The notes under the pieces are model-generated. The model searched no databases, was not told the DNA's origin, and saw only the letters and a program-made list of their open reading frames with translations. A DNA stretch of 58,000 nt from Kofleriaceae bacterium (GTDB taxonomy: Bacteria > Myxococcota_A > Polyangia > Haliangiales > Haliangiaceae), in NCBI GenBank assembly GCA_046597055.1, contig JBKJLC010000026.1:1-58000 (forward strand), read 5' to 3'. Shown here one piece after another: positions 18,536 to 27,772 of this stretch. Position 1 is the first letter of the stretch. The number at the start of each line of letters is the position of its first letter. Position numbers and translations under genes: made by a program.

Positions 18536-19678
18536 TTGGCATCTCTCGAGAAGCTCCTCGCGTGGGCACAGCATGCGGATCCGGACGCACGCGCCGATGC
18601 CGCGCATCAGCTGAGGAGTTTTGCGACCGATCCGTTGTCGCAATCCGAGGCCACCCGGATGCTCACCACGCTCTTGTGCGATGCTCATCCCGACGTCGCG
18701 CGCGTTGCTCTCGAGTCCCTATTGGCCGAGGGCTCCGGTCGGCAACGCGAGGCTCGCGATCCGCCGTCGGCTCTCGCGGCAGGGCTGGCGAGCCCGCATC
18801 CGGCGATCCGAGACAGCTGCCGGGACAAGCTGCGCTTCCTGTCGCTCGCCTGGGAGACGCTCGTAGACCTCGGCATCGATCCGTCGCGCGCGATCGAGCT
18901 GGTCTCCACAGAGGCACTGATCGCGGCGATCAGCGATGCACGACCGTGGAGTCCGCTCGCGATCCAGGAGATCGCGAAGCGCGAGGTCGCGGATCATTTG
19001 CCGCTGCGGGAGCTTCGACAGCTGCAACGCGCGTTGGCCGGAGCCGGCAGCGACACCTCTTACGTGACGAAGATCCTGGACGACAAGCGCCGCGCGGCGC
19101 ACCGGAATCGCTCGGGCCCTCGCGCCAGCAAGCTCGGACACCCGAGCGACTCCCTCGCCGCCATCCACGATGAAGACGACGAGGCGGCCCACGAGCTATC
19201 GTACCGGCTGACCCTGGGAGATTTCGCCGCGTTGCCGGCCGAATCGCTCCACGCCTTACCGTCTGCTCCTCAGCGTGATGTTCAGCGCCAATTCGATCCA
19301 GAAAACGAGATTCCGTCCGAGCTGTGGCAGCTGATCGAGAGCGGCGGCGGCGATCCAGCCGCCCTGCGTCGAGCCCTTGACGCTCGTGACATGCCCCACA
19401 CGGTCGAGATGTTCCGAGCGTTCACGCTCGCACGCACCGAGCTGGTCGATGTTGTGATGTCCCGCGGCCGCGCCCTGGAGGCACTGGGGGCATCGGAGGA
19501 CGATGTGGAGGACTGGGCCGATGACGTGATCGCCTCCGGCCGCGACACCTATCTCGAGACCTACTCCAGCCCGTCGATGGTCGAGGCGGTCGGGCATGGT
19601 CGTCTCTTTGGGGTGTTCCTCTCCTCCTACGAGGCGCGAGGGGGCAGCGACCTGCTCGACCAGCTCGACGAGGATTGA
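18536..19678 (+). CDS. HEAT-repeat protein with a DUF4240-like C-terminal region
   Basis: DPDARADAAHQL and DAHPDVARVALESL HEAT-like units; LWQLIE..SEDDVEDWADDVIASGRDTY. TTG start. Confidence 0.55.
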   Translation: MASLEKLLAWAQHADPDARADAAHQLRSFATDPLSQSEATRMLTTLLCDAHPDVARVALESLLAEGSGRQREARDPPSALAAGLASPHPAIRDSCRDKLRFLSLAWETLVDLGIDPSRAIELVSTEALIAAISDARPWSPLAIQEIAKREVADHLPLRELRQLQRALAGAGSDTSYVTKILDDKRRAAHRNRSGPRASKLGHPSDSLAAIHDEDDEAAHELSYRLTLGDFAALPAESLHALPSAPQRDVQRQFDPENEIPSELWQLIESGGGDPAALRRALDARDMPHTVEMFRAFTLARTELVDVVMSRGRALEALGASEDDVEDWADDVIASGRDTYLETYSSPSMVEAVGHGRLFGVFLSSYEARGGSDLLDQLDED

Positions 19679-20259
19679 TCAGGACTGCGGGTCCGGTCAG
19701 GCTCGGCGCACCCGGGCCGGTGGACATACAGTACGGCCAGCGGTCGGTCACGGGACCTGTGGTCGGCAATCCGTGCGACGGACCTGCCCCCGCGATCGAC
19801 GGATCTGTATCGCGTCCGAGGTGCCGGAAGCGCATCGGGCCTGGTTCCCTGCCGTCTCTCGCGACTGTCGGCGACGCTCGCTGGGCTTGTGCTGGCTGCT
19901 CGAGGCCGAGCGTATGCTCGACGACCCGCCCCGTGCAGGCAAGAAGGTCGCCTTCGGTGAACAATCCCCGGGAACCATGATGCTCGGCTACGACGATTCG
20001 CTGATCGCTGCGGAGTAGCCGCGTCGCGAAGTGCCGTGCGGCGGTGGCTGGTCGGGATGAGGTAGGTGCGCGGGGCGGGAGTGGCGGTCACGGTGACATC
20101 GGGGACGGGACGGCTCGATCGGGTGTGGGGCAATCCGAGCGGGAGCGGCGGTGCGGGTCGCACACGGGGCTACAGCCGTACACACGGTCGGTGAGTGCTG
20201 GGGGTGCGCGCGCGCGAGGAGTGTTGCAACCGGTGGGGCGGACCCGCAGAGTCGACCGG

Positions 20260-21933
20260 ATGCGGGGCCGCCTGTTCGTCGGGATCGGGGTGCTGGTGTG
20301 TCTGGTGGTCGGCACCCGGCAGGCGGACGCGCAGATCTGCGCCAACTTCTTCGCGCCCTCGACGCGGCTGTTGCCCGGGGCGTTCTACGGCGACCACGTG
20401 CAGATCGAGGCGTCGTCGTCGCCGGCCGGCTTCACCGCGACCGCGCCGGCGGTGTTCGACTTCGATCCGTTCGACGGGAGCAACGATGCCGGCATGCTGC
20501 TGGGCACGGTCGCCGGCGTGCAGCAGTGCTACAAGACGGTCGCCACCGAGCTGATCCCCGACGACAAGCTGGTCGCCCGCTACGATCTCGAGATCGCCGG
20601 GCTCGATCCGGGTGAGGTGATCGAGATCCGCATCAACGATGGGTTCGTACCGATCCACTCGATCCGGACCACGCCGTGGCTGCCGGGCACACCGGCCGCG
20701 GCGTTGACGGGGGACGGGCGCGTCACGTCGACGACCACCGGCGCGTCGGCGTTCGTCGAGCGCGGCGTGCCGGGGATCATCCGATCGCTCGAAATGTGCG
20801 TGACCGCGACCAGCTCGGGTGGTGGGGTGGTCATCCGCCACACCACGCAGGGCTACTGCAACTGCGGCAATGGCTTCCGGCAGTTCAACGAGACCTGCGA
20901 CGACGGCAACCGGCAAGACGGCGACGGCTGCGGTTACGACGACTCGCCGACCGACATCACGCCCAGCAACCCGGACCCGTCGATCCCGCACTCGCCGAGC
21001 TTCACGTGCTTCGTCGAGGCCGACTTCGTCTGCAAGGAGATCCTGGGGCCGCCCAATGGCACGTCGGTATGCACGCCGTGCGGCGATGGACAGCGCGACG
21101 GGCTCGAGGCCTGTGACGACGGCAACGAGCTCGACGACGACGGCTGCAGCCAGCGCTGCGACGTCGAGGCCGGGTGGACATGTGACGACGCGACCGGGTG
21201 CGCGCTGAACTGTGGCAATGGCCTGCTCGATGCCGGCGAGCAGTGCGACGACGACAACACGGTCGCGAGCGATGGCTGCGCGACAGGCTGCCAGGCCGAG
21301 GACGGCTACCTGTGCGACGGCGCCGGCGCCGGCTCGTGTCAGCTCGACGGCGATCACGACCGGGTCATCGACACGACGGACAACTGCCTCCAGGTGGCCA
21401 ATCCGGGGCAGGACGATGGCGACCGCGACGGCCGGGGCGACGCGTGCGACAACTGCGGCGACCTCGGCAACCCCGGCCAGAGCGACCAGGACGGCGACGG
21501 CAAGGGTGATGTCTGCGACAGCTGCGCAGCCGACGCCGACGCCAGCCAGAGCGACGGCGATGGCGACCGGGTCGGTGACGTCTGCGACAACTGTCCGTCG
21601 GCCGCCAACTCCGACCAGACCAACAGCGGCGGCGGGGGCGAGGGCGACGCCTGCGAGGACCGCGACCAGGACGCGGTCATCGACGTGCTCGACAACTGCC
21701 CCGCGCTCGCGAACACCGACCAGCGCGATGACGACGCCGACGGCCTGGGCGACGCCTGCGACGACGTCAAGCTCGACGAGGGCGAGGAGGACGAGGCGCC
21801 GGACGATGGCATCGGCACCGGGCTCGACCAGTCGTTCTCGTGCAGCAGCAGCCCGGGCTCGGGTCCCGACCTGGTCGTGCTCGGTCTGGCGCTGGTGTTC
21901 CTCGCGCGCCGGCGCCGTCGACCGGCTGCCTGA
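20260..21933 (+). CDS. Surface protein with myxococcal Cys-rich (CGNG..ExCDDGN) repeats, thrombospondin type-3 repeats and MYXO-CTERM
   Basis: Three CG(N/D)G..CDD(G/D)N..DGC units, multiple DNC..N..Q.D.D.DG.GD.CD units, and C-terminal SCSSSPG + TM helix + RRRRR. Confidence 0.92.
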   Translation: MRGRLFVGIGVLVCLVVGTRQADAQICANFFAPSTRLLPGAFYGDHVQIEASSSPAGFTATAPAVFDFDPFDGSNDAGMLLGTVAGVQQCYKTVATELIPDDKLVARYDLEIAGLDPGEVIEIRINDGFVPIHSIRTTPWLPGTPAAALTGDGRVTSTTTGASAFVERGVPGIIRSLEMCVTATSSGGGVVIRHTTQGYCNCGNGFRQFNETCDDGNRQDGDGCGYDDSPTDITPSNPDPSIPHSPSFTCFVEADFVCKEILGPPNGTSVCTPCGDGQRDGLEACDDGNELDDDGCSQRCDVEAGWTCDDATGCALNCGNGLLDAGEQCDDDNTVASDGCATGCQAEDGYLCDGAGAGSCQLDGDHDRVIDTTDNCLQVANPGQDDGDRDGRGDACDNCGDLGNPGQSDQDGDGKGDVCDSCAADADASQSDGDGDRVGDVCDNCPSAANSDQTNSGGGGEGDACEDRDQDAVIDVLDNCPALANTDQRDDDADGLGDACDDVKLDEGEEDEAPDDGIGTGLDQSFSCSSSPGSGPDLVVLGLALVFLARRRRRPAA

Positions 21934-22053
21934 CGGGGGCCGGACCGCGCGCCGGGGGGCCTGGCGCTGCGCCGTTGTCCGCCGCCCGGTGCCGGTGCAT
22001 GCCGGGGGCGAGCCGCGCGCGCGGCGGTAGGGTCGGCCCGGAAAGCAGCCGAG

Positions 22054-23115
22054 ATGACCCGCCCCACACGCGCCGCGATCGTCCTGTCCATCCTGTTCGG
22101 GAGCGCCGCCGCATGCGGCGGTGGCGACACCGTCGAGATCGACGACTATGCGAGCGCGTACCTCGCGGCGGAGTGTGCGTACCAGGCGCGCTGTCACGGG
22201 ACCGAGGTCGCCGCTGGCTGCTCGGAGCCGTCCAACGCCCTGCCCTGGTTTGCCGCGTACACGGCGTCGCTCGTCGGGAGCGTTCACGCCGGCGTGATCG
22301 CGTACGACGGGGCGCGGGCGGCCGACTGTCTCGATGCGCTCCGCACGCGCTCGTGCAGCCGGGCCCACGAGCGGGACCGGGCCCCGCGGTGCGAGGCCGT
22401 CTTCACCGGGACGCTCGCCGCCGGCCAGGCGTGCATGAACGACGCCGCGTGCGCGTCAGGGAGCTGCGCCGCAGACTGCGCGGCGAACCAGTGCTGCGCC
22501 GGGACCTGTCTCGGGAACGCGCGGTCGGCCCCGGTCCCGGTCGCGCTGGGCGCGGTGTGCGCCGACCCGACCTCCGGCGACGCGAGTGACATCCAGGCAT
22601 GCGTGGAGGGTGCGTACTGCGACGTCGAAGGAACGTCGCGATGTACGGCGCTGCGGCCGGCCGCGACTGCGTGCGAGTCCACATTCCAGTGCGGCTACGG
22701 ACTGGCTTGCTTCGGCGCGCCGAGGATCTGCCGGGTGCCGCCCGGGCTCGGCGCGGCCTGCCTGCTGGTCGAGGGTGATTCCTGGTGTGACCGTGGCACC
22801 GAGTGCGACCGGGCCACGATGACCTGCGTCAGGCTGACCGACGAGGGTGAGGCCTGCGACCCGGCCGGCGACCACTGCCGCGGGAACCTGACGTGCTCGG
22901 ACGCCACCCGGCTGTGCACGCGGTATCCCGCCGTCGGGCAGGCGTGCGTCTTCCACTGCGATGGTCGCGCCTACTGCCGGCGGACCCCCGAACAGGTCGA
23001 TGGGATCTGCACGGCGCTCGAGCGCGACGGCGTCGCGTGTGCGGATGACGGTCAGTGCGCGGGAGGCATCTGCGACGCGCAGTCGGCGTGCGCCAGCCCG
23101 CCTGTCTGTTTCTGA
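22054..23115 (+). CDS. Cys-rich lipoprotein (Dickkopf-like repeats)
   Basis: Lipobox AAAC and repeated GxxC..C..GxxC units. Confidence 0.8.
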   Translation: MTRPTRAAIVLSILFGSAAACGGGDTVEIDDYASAYLAAECAYQARCHGTEVAAGCSEPSNALPWFAAYTASLVGSVHAGVIAYDGARAADCLDALRTRSCSRAHERDRAPRCEAVFTGTLAAGQACMNDAACASGSCAADCAANQCCAGTCLGNARSAPVPVALGAVCADPTSGDASDIQACVEGAYCDVEGTSRCTALRPAATACESTFQCGYGLACFGAPRICRVPPGLGAACLLVEGDSWCDRGTECDRATMTCVRLTDEGEACDPAGDHCRGNLTCSDATRLCTRYPAVGQACVFHCDGRAYCRRTPEQVDGICTALERDGVACADDGQCAGGICDAQSACASPPVCF

Positions 23116-23326
23116 GCTGCTGGCCGCTGGACGCTCGCCGCGCGCCGGCAGAGCGCCAAGGTGCCGCACGTGATCTTCGCCGGGCTGCCCTTCGACGGCG
23201 GGCTCGCTTGCGCTCGCCCTGGCTCAGGGACACCGGGAAAGATGTGCGGGATCCAGAGCTCTGCCCTCTGCCCTTCGACACGGCGCCGAGGCCGCCCCGC
23301 CAGCGGGCCGATCGCGGGCGTGATCG

Positions 23327-24736
23327 TCAGTCCGGGATGGCGGCCGCGCGGGCCAGGCGGCCCATGAACAGGATGGCGCCGGTGGCGTTGTGGCGGATGA
23401 GGTAGAGGAACGGACGGTCGGCGCGGAAGACGTACGGCTCGCCGGCCGGGGGGGCGGCGGCGGTCGGGCGCATGACGACGGCGGTGGCCGCGGCGGCCTC
23501 GGTGCCGTCCTCGTCGAGGCGGATGAAGGTGTCGTGGAGTACCGCGTCGATCACCAGGCCCGGCCGCTCGTCGGAGATGCCGCTGAAGTCCGCGGTGTCC
23601 GAGAACGCGGCCTTGACGCCGAGCGCGCCCAAGGCGTCGACGAGCGAGAGCTTCTCCTGGAGCTGGAACCGGGGCAGCGTCACGCTGACCCGCTGCGGGG
23701 TCAGCCCGTCGAGCAACGCGCGCAGCCGCTTGGCGTCGAGCTTCTTTTCGTAGTCGCGAAATGCCTTGGGGTCGTCGGGCAGGATGGCGACGAACGACAG
23801 GGCGCCGCCCGCGTAGGGCAACTCGAGGGCATGCGCGCCGCCACCGGCGGCGAGCCGGAGCTCCTCGGTCTGCTGCATCAGACGGGTGGGCGTGGTGGTG
23901 CCATCGAGGTTCGTGAACGGCCCGTCGCTGGTGCCGTGGGGCGCGAACGGGTGCGCCCAGGCGGCCTTCAGGTACAGCGCGTTGGTGAGCACCAGACGGG
24001 TGGCGGGGCCGAGCACGCTGGCCGGCACCAGCTCGGGGATCCGGTCGCGCGTCTGCGCGGCGACCCACCCGTTGATGGTGCGCGCGGCATCGGCCGGCTG
24101 CGCGAAGTCGACGCGCTCGATGCCGGCACCGGTGCTGGCCACATACTCGGGACGGAGCGCGAAGCTCTGCGCGGCCCACAGGCGATTGGCCGAGGCGAGC
24201 TCCCACGTGGCCTCCTTGCCCTGCAGCACCGCAGACAGCCCGGTCAGCGCGGTGGCGTCGACCGCCTTCGAGAGATGGAGCGCGTGCCCCAGCTCGGTCG
24301 CGGTGGCGCCGCGGGCGCCGAGCTGGGCGAGCCCGAGCGCCAGCGCCACGCTGGTCGGCGAGACCAGGAGGTTGCCGTCGCCGGTCGCGAGCTGGTGATG
24401 CAGGTCGATCGCGAGGCCGCGGATCGCCGGCTCCAGGCGGGCCGCAGCCTTGATGGCGGCCGGTGACGGCGGGGCCTGGGGCACCGTCGGGACCGACGGT
24501 GCCGGCGGTGTCGGCGGTGCCGGCGGCGTCGGCTTGACCGCCGCCTGGGCGTCATCGCTGATCGGCGCGGGCGGGCGCGGTGCGGGCGCGGGCCGGGAGG
24601 GCTCGCATCCGGTCGCGGCGACGGCAGTCAGCGCGAGGGCGGCGGCGAGCCGAGCGCCGGGTCGGGCTCGGGGGGCGGACGACGCGACGGTTGCGGCGGT
24701 GGAGGCGGCGGGCGGACGGAGTCGGACGGGGATCAT
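23327..24736 (-). CDS. Serpin-family protease inhibitor, lipoprotein with Pro-rich linker
   Basis: NLLVSPTS, INGWVAAQTRDRI, LVLTNALYLKAAW, hinge DEDGTEAAAAT, FRADRPFLYLI..ILFMGR. Confidence 0.95.
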   Translation of the reverse strand: MIPVRLRPPAASTAATVASSAPRARPGARLAAALALTAVAATGCEPSRPAPAPRPPAPISDDAQAAVKPTPPAPPTPPAPSVPTVPQAPPSPAAIKAAARLEPAIRGLAIDLHHQLATGDGNLLVSPTSVALALGLAQLGARGATATELGHALHLSKAVDATALTGLSAVLQGKEATWELASANRLWAAQSFALRPEYVASTGAGIERVDFAQPADAARTINGWVAAQTRDRIPELVPASVLGPATRLVLTNALYLKAAWAHPFAPHGTSDGPFTNLDGTTTPTRLMQQTEELRLAAGGGAHALELPYAGGALSFVAILPDDPKAFRDYEKKLDAKRLRALLDGLTPQRVSVTLPRFQLQEKLSLVDALGALGVKAAFSDTADFSGISDERPGLVIDAVLHDTFIRLDEDGTEAAAATAVVMRPTAAAPPAGEPYVFRADRPFLYLIRHNATGAILFMGRLARAAAIPD

Positions 24737-24953
24737 GCGGGGCCTTTCGGGTTCGCGACAAAGTAGACCAACGCGCGGCATCGCCGAACGGCTCGACGTG
24801 CGATGCGTCGGCGTGGTGGCGCACACAGGGCGGTCATCGGGTGCTGACGCCGCGGTCGTCGCAGCGCGACAATCGACGGCGCCTGCCAGTCGCTGCCGGT
24901 CCGGACGCCGAGAACTTCGCAGCTCGGCGGGGCTGAATCGAACCGACGTTCGC

Positions 24954-27548
24954 TCAGGACAGCAGATCGGCGGCGGCGATCGGATGGGTCACGCGCTCGC
25001 GGAAGAGCGCGTAGCAGGTCGCGCCTGGCGGCAGGTCGAGGTCGCCGCGCTGCAGCGCCGCGAAGGTCGCCGCGCCGAGCTCGCCGGCGGCAGGCACCGG
25101 GCTGGGCTCGCCGGGGGTGGTGGTCAGGCGGGCGAGGAAGGCGGGCGCGGCCTCGTCGGGGCCGCGGATGAACCGGCGCGTCTCGGCGCCGCGGATCCAG
25201 ACCCGGCGACCGCGGGCAGCAGCGTGCAGCAGGGCGAGGTCGTACATGCTCGGGCGCAGGCCGCTCCCGAAGTACGCGATCATCTCCGGGCAGACCTTGG
25301 TGATGGTCTTGTGCGAGGTGGCGACGTTGTTGAACGCCATCTGGCCCTTGCCGTAGATGTCGAGCCAGTGGAGCTGGTCGTCGTCGAGGTCGACCACGAG
25401 CGGCGTGAACACGCCGTTGGCACCCTGCAGGTCGAACTTGAGCTCGACCGTGCGCGGGTCGAAGTGGCGGCCCTCGACGTCGTCGCGCAACATCAGGCCG
25501 GCGAAGCCGCGCTCGAGCTTCGCGAACGGCAGGCCGCGGTAGTTGTTGACCACCATCACCGCGTAGCGAACCCCGGCGGCCCGGGCGGCGGCGCGGTCGA
25601 CGTCGACCAGCTCGCTGGCGCCCTCGGGGAACGGCCCGTCCTGGCGATCGCCGGCGCTCGACGCGATCACGCGCCCGCTCCGGTCGGCGTACTGCAGCTG
25701 GTAGTACGAGCACACGCCGACGTGGTTCCACGCGGCGTCGTAGAACCCGACCGACAGGTCGATGTCGGTCTCGTATCCGCCCACCTCGGGTTGGCACCAG
25801 TGCAGGAACATGCGGAGGATCTTGCCGGGCGGGATCGCGACCCGCGAACCGCGCGGTAGGGTCACCGCCGAGCGGCTGGCGGTGCGCTCGTTGAACGGCA
25901 CGACGATGGTGCGCAGGCCCTCGTCGATGATGCAGTCGTCGAACCCGGCCTTGGCCGCGAAGCGCTGCAGCAGCTCGGCCTCGACCGCCCGCACCAGCGG
26001 CGTGATTGCGTCGGCCGGCAGGACCGCGCGCTGATCGGGCAGCGACATCCCCTTCGCCACCTCGCCCTTGGGCCAGAAGATGCGGATCAGCGCCGGCCGG
26101 GTGCGGGTCGGCAGGAAGCTGCGGAGCGTGACCAGCACCGGGGTCCCCATCTTCGGCGCGGCCACGGCAAAGGCAGCGGTCACCCGTTCGACCGCGACCG
26201 GATCCGAACCGGCCACCCGCAGCGCGTGATCGAGGCGGCGGGCGAGCTCGCCCGGGCGCTCGCGCAGGATGTCGACCATCGCGGCCGAGTCGCGCGCGAT
26301 CACCGCGGCCTCGACCCGGCCGTACCAGGTCTTGAACGGTGGCGGCGGGGCCCCGCCGGGTCCGTTACCCCGCACGACCTGGAAGCCGCGCGCCACGTTC
26401 GGGAAGCGCGACGCGTACTCGTGCGGGTGCAGGAACTCGCCGACCCAGACCCACGACGAGCGGTGGCGCAGCATGTCCTCGACCAGGCGATCGCGATCGA
26501 GCCCCTCGAGGATTGTCATGAGGGCCCGGCGCAGCGGGCGCGACAGCCGCGCCACCTTGAAGCGGTAGGTCTGCACCGCGATGTTGACCTTGCGCGACCG
26601 GGCCCCGGGCGCGACGCCAGTCAGGCTGGCGACCAGCTTGCCCCACCAGCGCGACGGCTGGACCAGCCGGGTCACGACCTCGAAGCGGGTCTGCTTCTGC
26701 AGCGACGGATCGATGCCGGAGTAGGCGGCGATCAGGCGGAGCACGTCGGTCGCGGTCGCGAGGTAGCGCGCAGCCACCGGCAGCACCGTCACCGGATCGC
26801 GCAGCTGAAAGATCGTGCCGAACACCAGCGCGATGTTCTCCTTGAGCGGGATCTTGTCGGGCAGCCAGGCATAGACCCGCTCGCCGTGCTCGCGCAGGAC
26901 CGTCGCGAGGTCGTCGCGATCGACCGGGGACAGCGCCTGCTTGCGCTGGCACAGCGTGCTGACCAAGGCGGCGGTGGCGGCGTCGAGATCGTCGCCGAGG
27001 TCGAGCAGCTTGAACCGGACCCGCTCCTTCGGCAGCGGTCGCGCGACGTCGGGCTGGAAGAACGGCGACGTGCGATCGACCCGGCACTCGCACACCGGGC
27101 ACGCGCTGTAGCTGGCGCCGTCGAAGCACTGGTCGCACACGACATGGCGGCACGGCGACAGCACGTGGGTGGTCCCGCTGCGGCGGCAGAACAGGCACGG
27201 CTGGCCCGCGGCCTGGAGATAGTGCGTCAGCACCTTCTGCCACCACAGCGCGTCGGTGTCGTGCGGCACGCCGGCCGGGAACCTGCGGAACAGCGGCACG
27301 TGCGGCCGGTCGCCGCCGACCGCCGCCGCGAGCACGCCGGTGGCCCAGGTGTTCCACACCGCGAGCGGCGCGAGCCCGAGCTGCGCGAGTCGTGCCGACA
27401 GCCGGGTCGAGGGCACGTAGCCGAGCTCGGCCAGCTCGAGCTCGACGGCACGGACATGGCCGGCGGGAGCCGGGGTGCCGGCCGGCTCGAGAAAAACGAG
27501 GCCTGCGCGGCGGAGCAGCAGGTCACGAGTGGTCGACGGGTGCCCCAT
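24954..27548 (-). CDS. MXAN_6230/SCO0854-type protein: prokaryotic RING finger, TROVE-like helical repeats, TerD-like C-terminal domain
   Basis: CLFC..PCRHVVCDQC..CPVC RING, TATDVLRL, RPGELARRLDH, RMFLHW..DIDLS..SAGD..GASELVDVD. SD GGAGGGG favours ATG 27548 (alternative 27554). Confidence 0.88.
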   Translation of the reverse strand: MGHPSTTRDLLLRRAGLVFLEPAGTPAPAGHVRAVELELAELGYVPSTRLSARLAQLGLAPLAVWNTWATGVLAAAVGGDRPHVPLFRRFPAGVPHDTDALWWQKVLTHYLQAAGQPCLFCRRSGTTHVLSPCRHVVCDQCFDGASYSACPVCECRVDRTSPFFQPDVARPLPKERVRFKLLDLGDDLDAATAALVSTLCQRKQALSPVDRDDLATVLREHGERVYAWLPDKIPLKENIALVFGTIFQLRDPVTVLPVAARYLATATDVLRLIAAYSGIDPSLQKQTRFEVVTRLVQPSRWWGKLVASLTGVAPGARSRKVNIAVQTYRFKVARLSRPLRRALMTILEGLDRDRLVEDMLRHRSSWVWVGEFLHPHEYASRFPNVARGFQVVRGNGPGGAPPPPFKTWYGRVEAAVIARDSAAMVDILRERPGELARRLDHALRVAGSDPVAVERVTAAFAVAAPKMGTPVLVTLRSFLPTRTRPALIRIFWPKGEVAKGMSLPDQRAVLPADAITPLVRAVEAELLQRFAAKAGFDDCIIDEGLRTIVVPFNERTASRSAVTLPRGSRVAIPPGKILRMFLHWCQPEVGGYETDIDLSVGFYDAAWNHVGVCSYYQLQYADRSGRVIASSAGDRQDGPFPEGASELVDVDRAAARAAGVRYAVMVVNNYRGLPFAKLERGFAGLMLRDDVEGRHFDPRTVELKFDLQGANGVFTPLVVDLDDDQLHWLDIYGKGQMAFNNVATSHKTITKVCPEMIAYFGSGLRPSMYDLALLHAAARGRRVWIRGAETRRFIRGPDEAAPAFLARLTTTPGEPSPVPAAGELGAATFAALQRGDLDLPPGATCYALFRERVTHPIAAADLLS

Positions 27549-27578
27549 GGTCATCCCCTCCGCCGGTGCACGGCGAGG

Positions 27579-27620
27579 AAAAAAGGACGCAGGCGGACCG
27601 GAGAGCCGATCCGCCTGCGC
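27579..27620 (-). terminator. Intrinsic terminator in the leader of the RING/TROVE gene
   Basis: 15-bp stem GCGCAGGCGGATCGG/CCGGTCCGCCTGCGT, loop CTCT, then CCTTTTTT, ~30 nt before the start codon. Confidence 0.75.
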
Positions 27621-27690
27621 AGATGAAGGAAAGCGCCCGAGCTAAAATCGATTTTTTCGAGAAGGAAGCCCAGGCTGAGCCTTCCCCGAA
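27579..27690 (-). ncRNA. Candidate structured small RNA / cis-regulatory leader
   Basis: GGGGAAGGC-(TCA bulge)-GCCTGGGC pairs with GCTCGGGC-GCTTTCCTT around a 25-nt loop TTCCTTCTCGAAAAAATCGATTTTA, followed by the terminator. Confidence 0.5.
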
Positions 27691-27772
27691 ACGCTCCCAC
27701 GAGCGGCCACCGCTGTAAAGCAGCGCCTGCGGCGGAAGGCGGGCAGCCCGGGCTCGCGGCCGGCGCCCGGCG

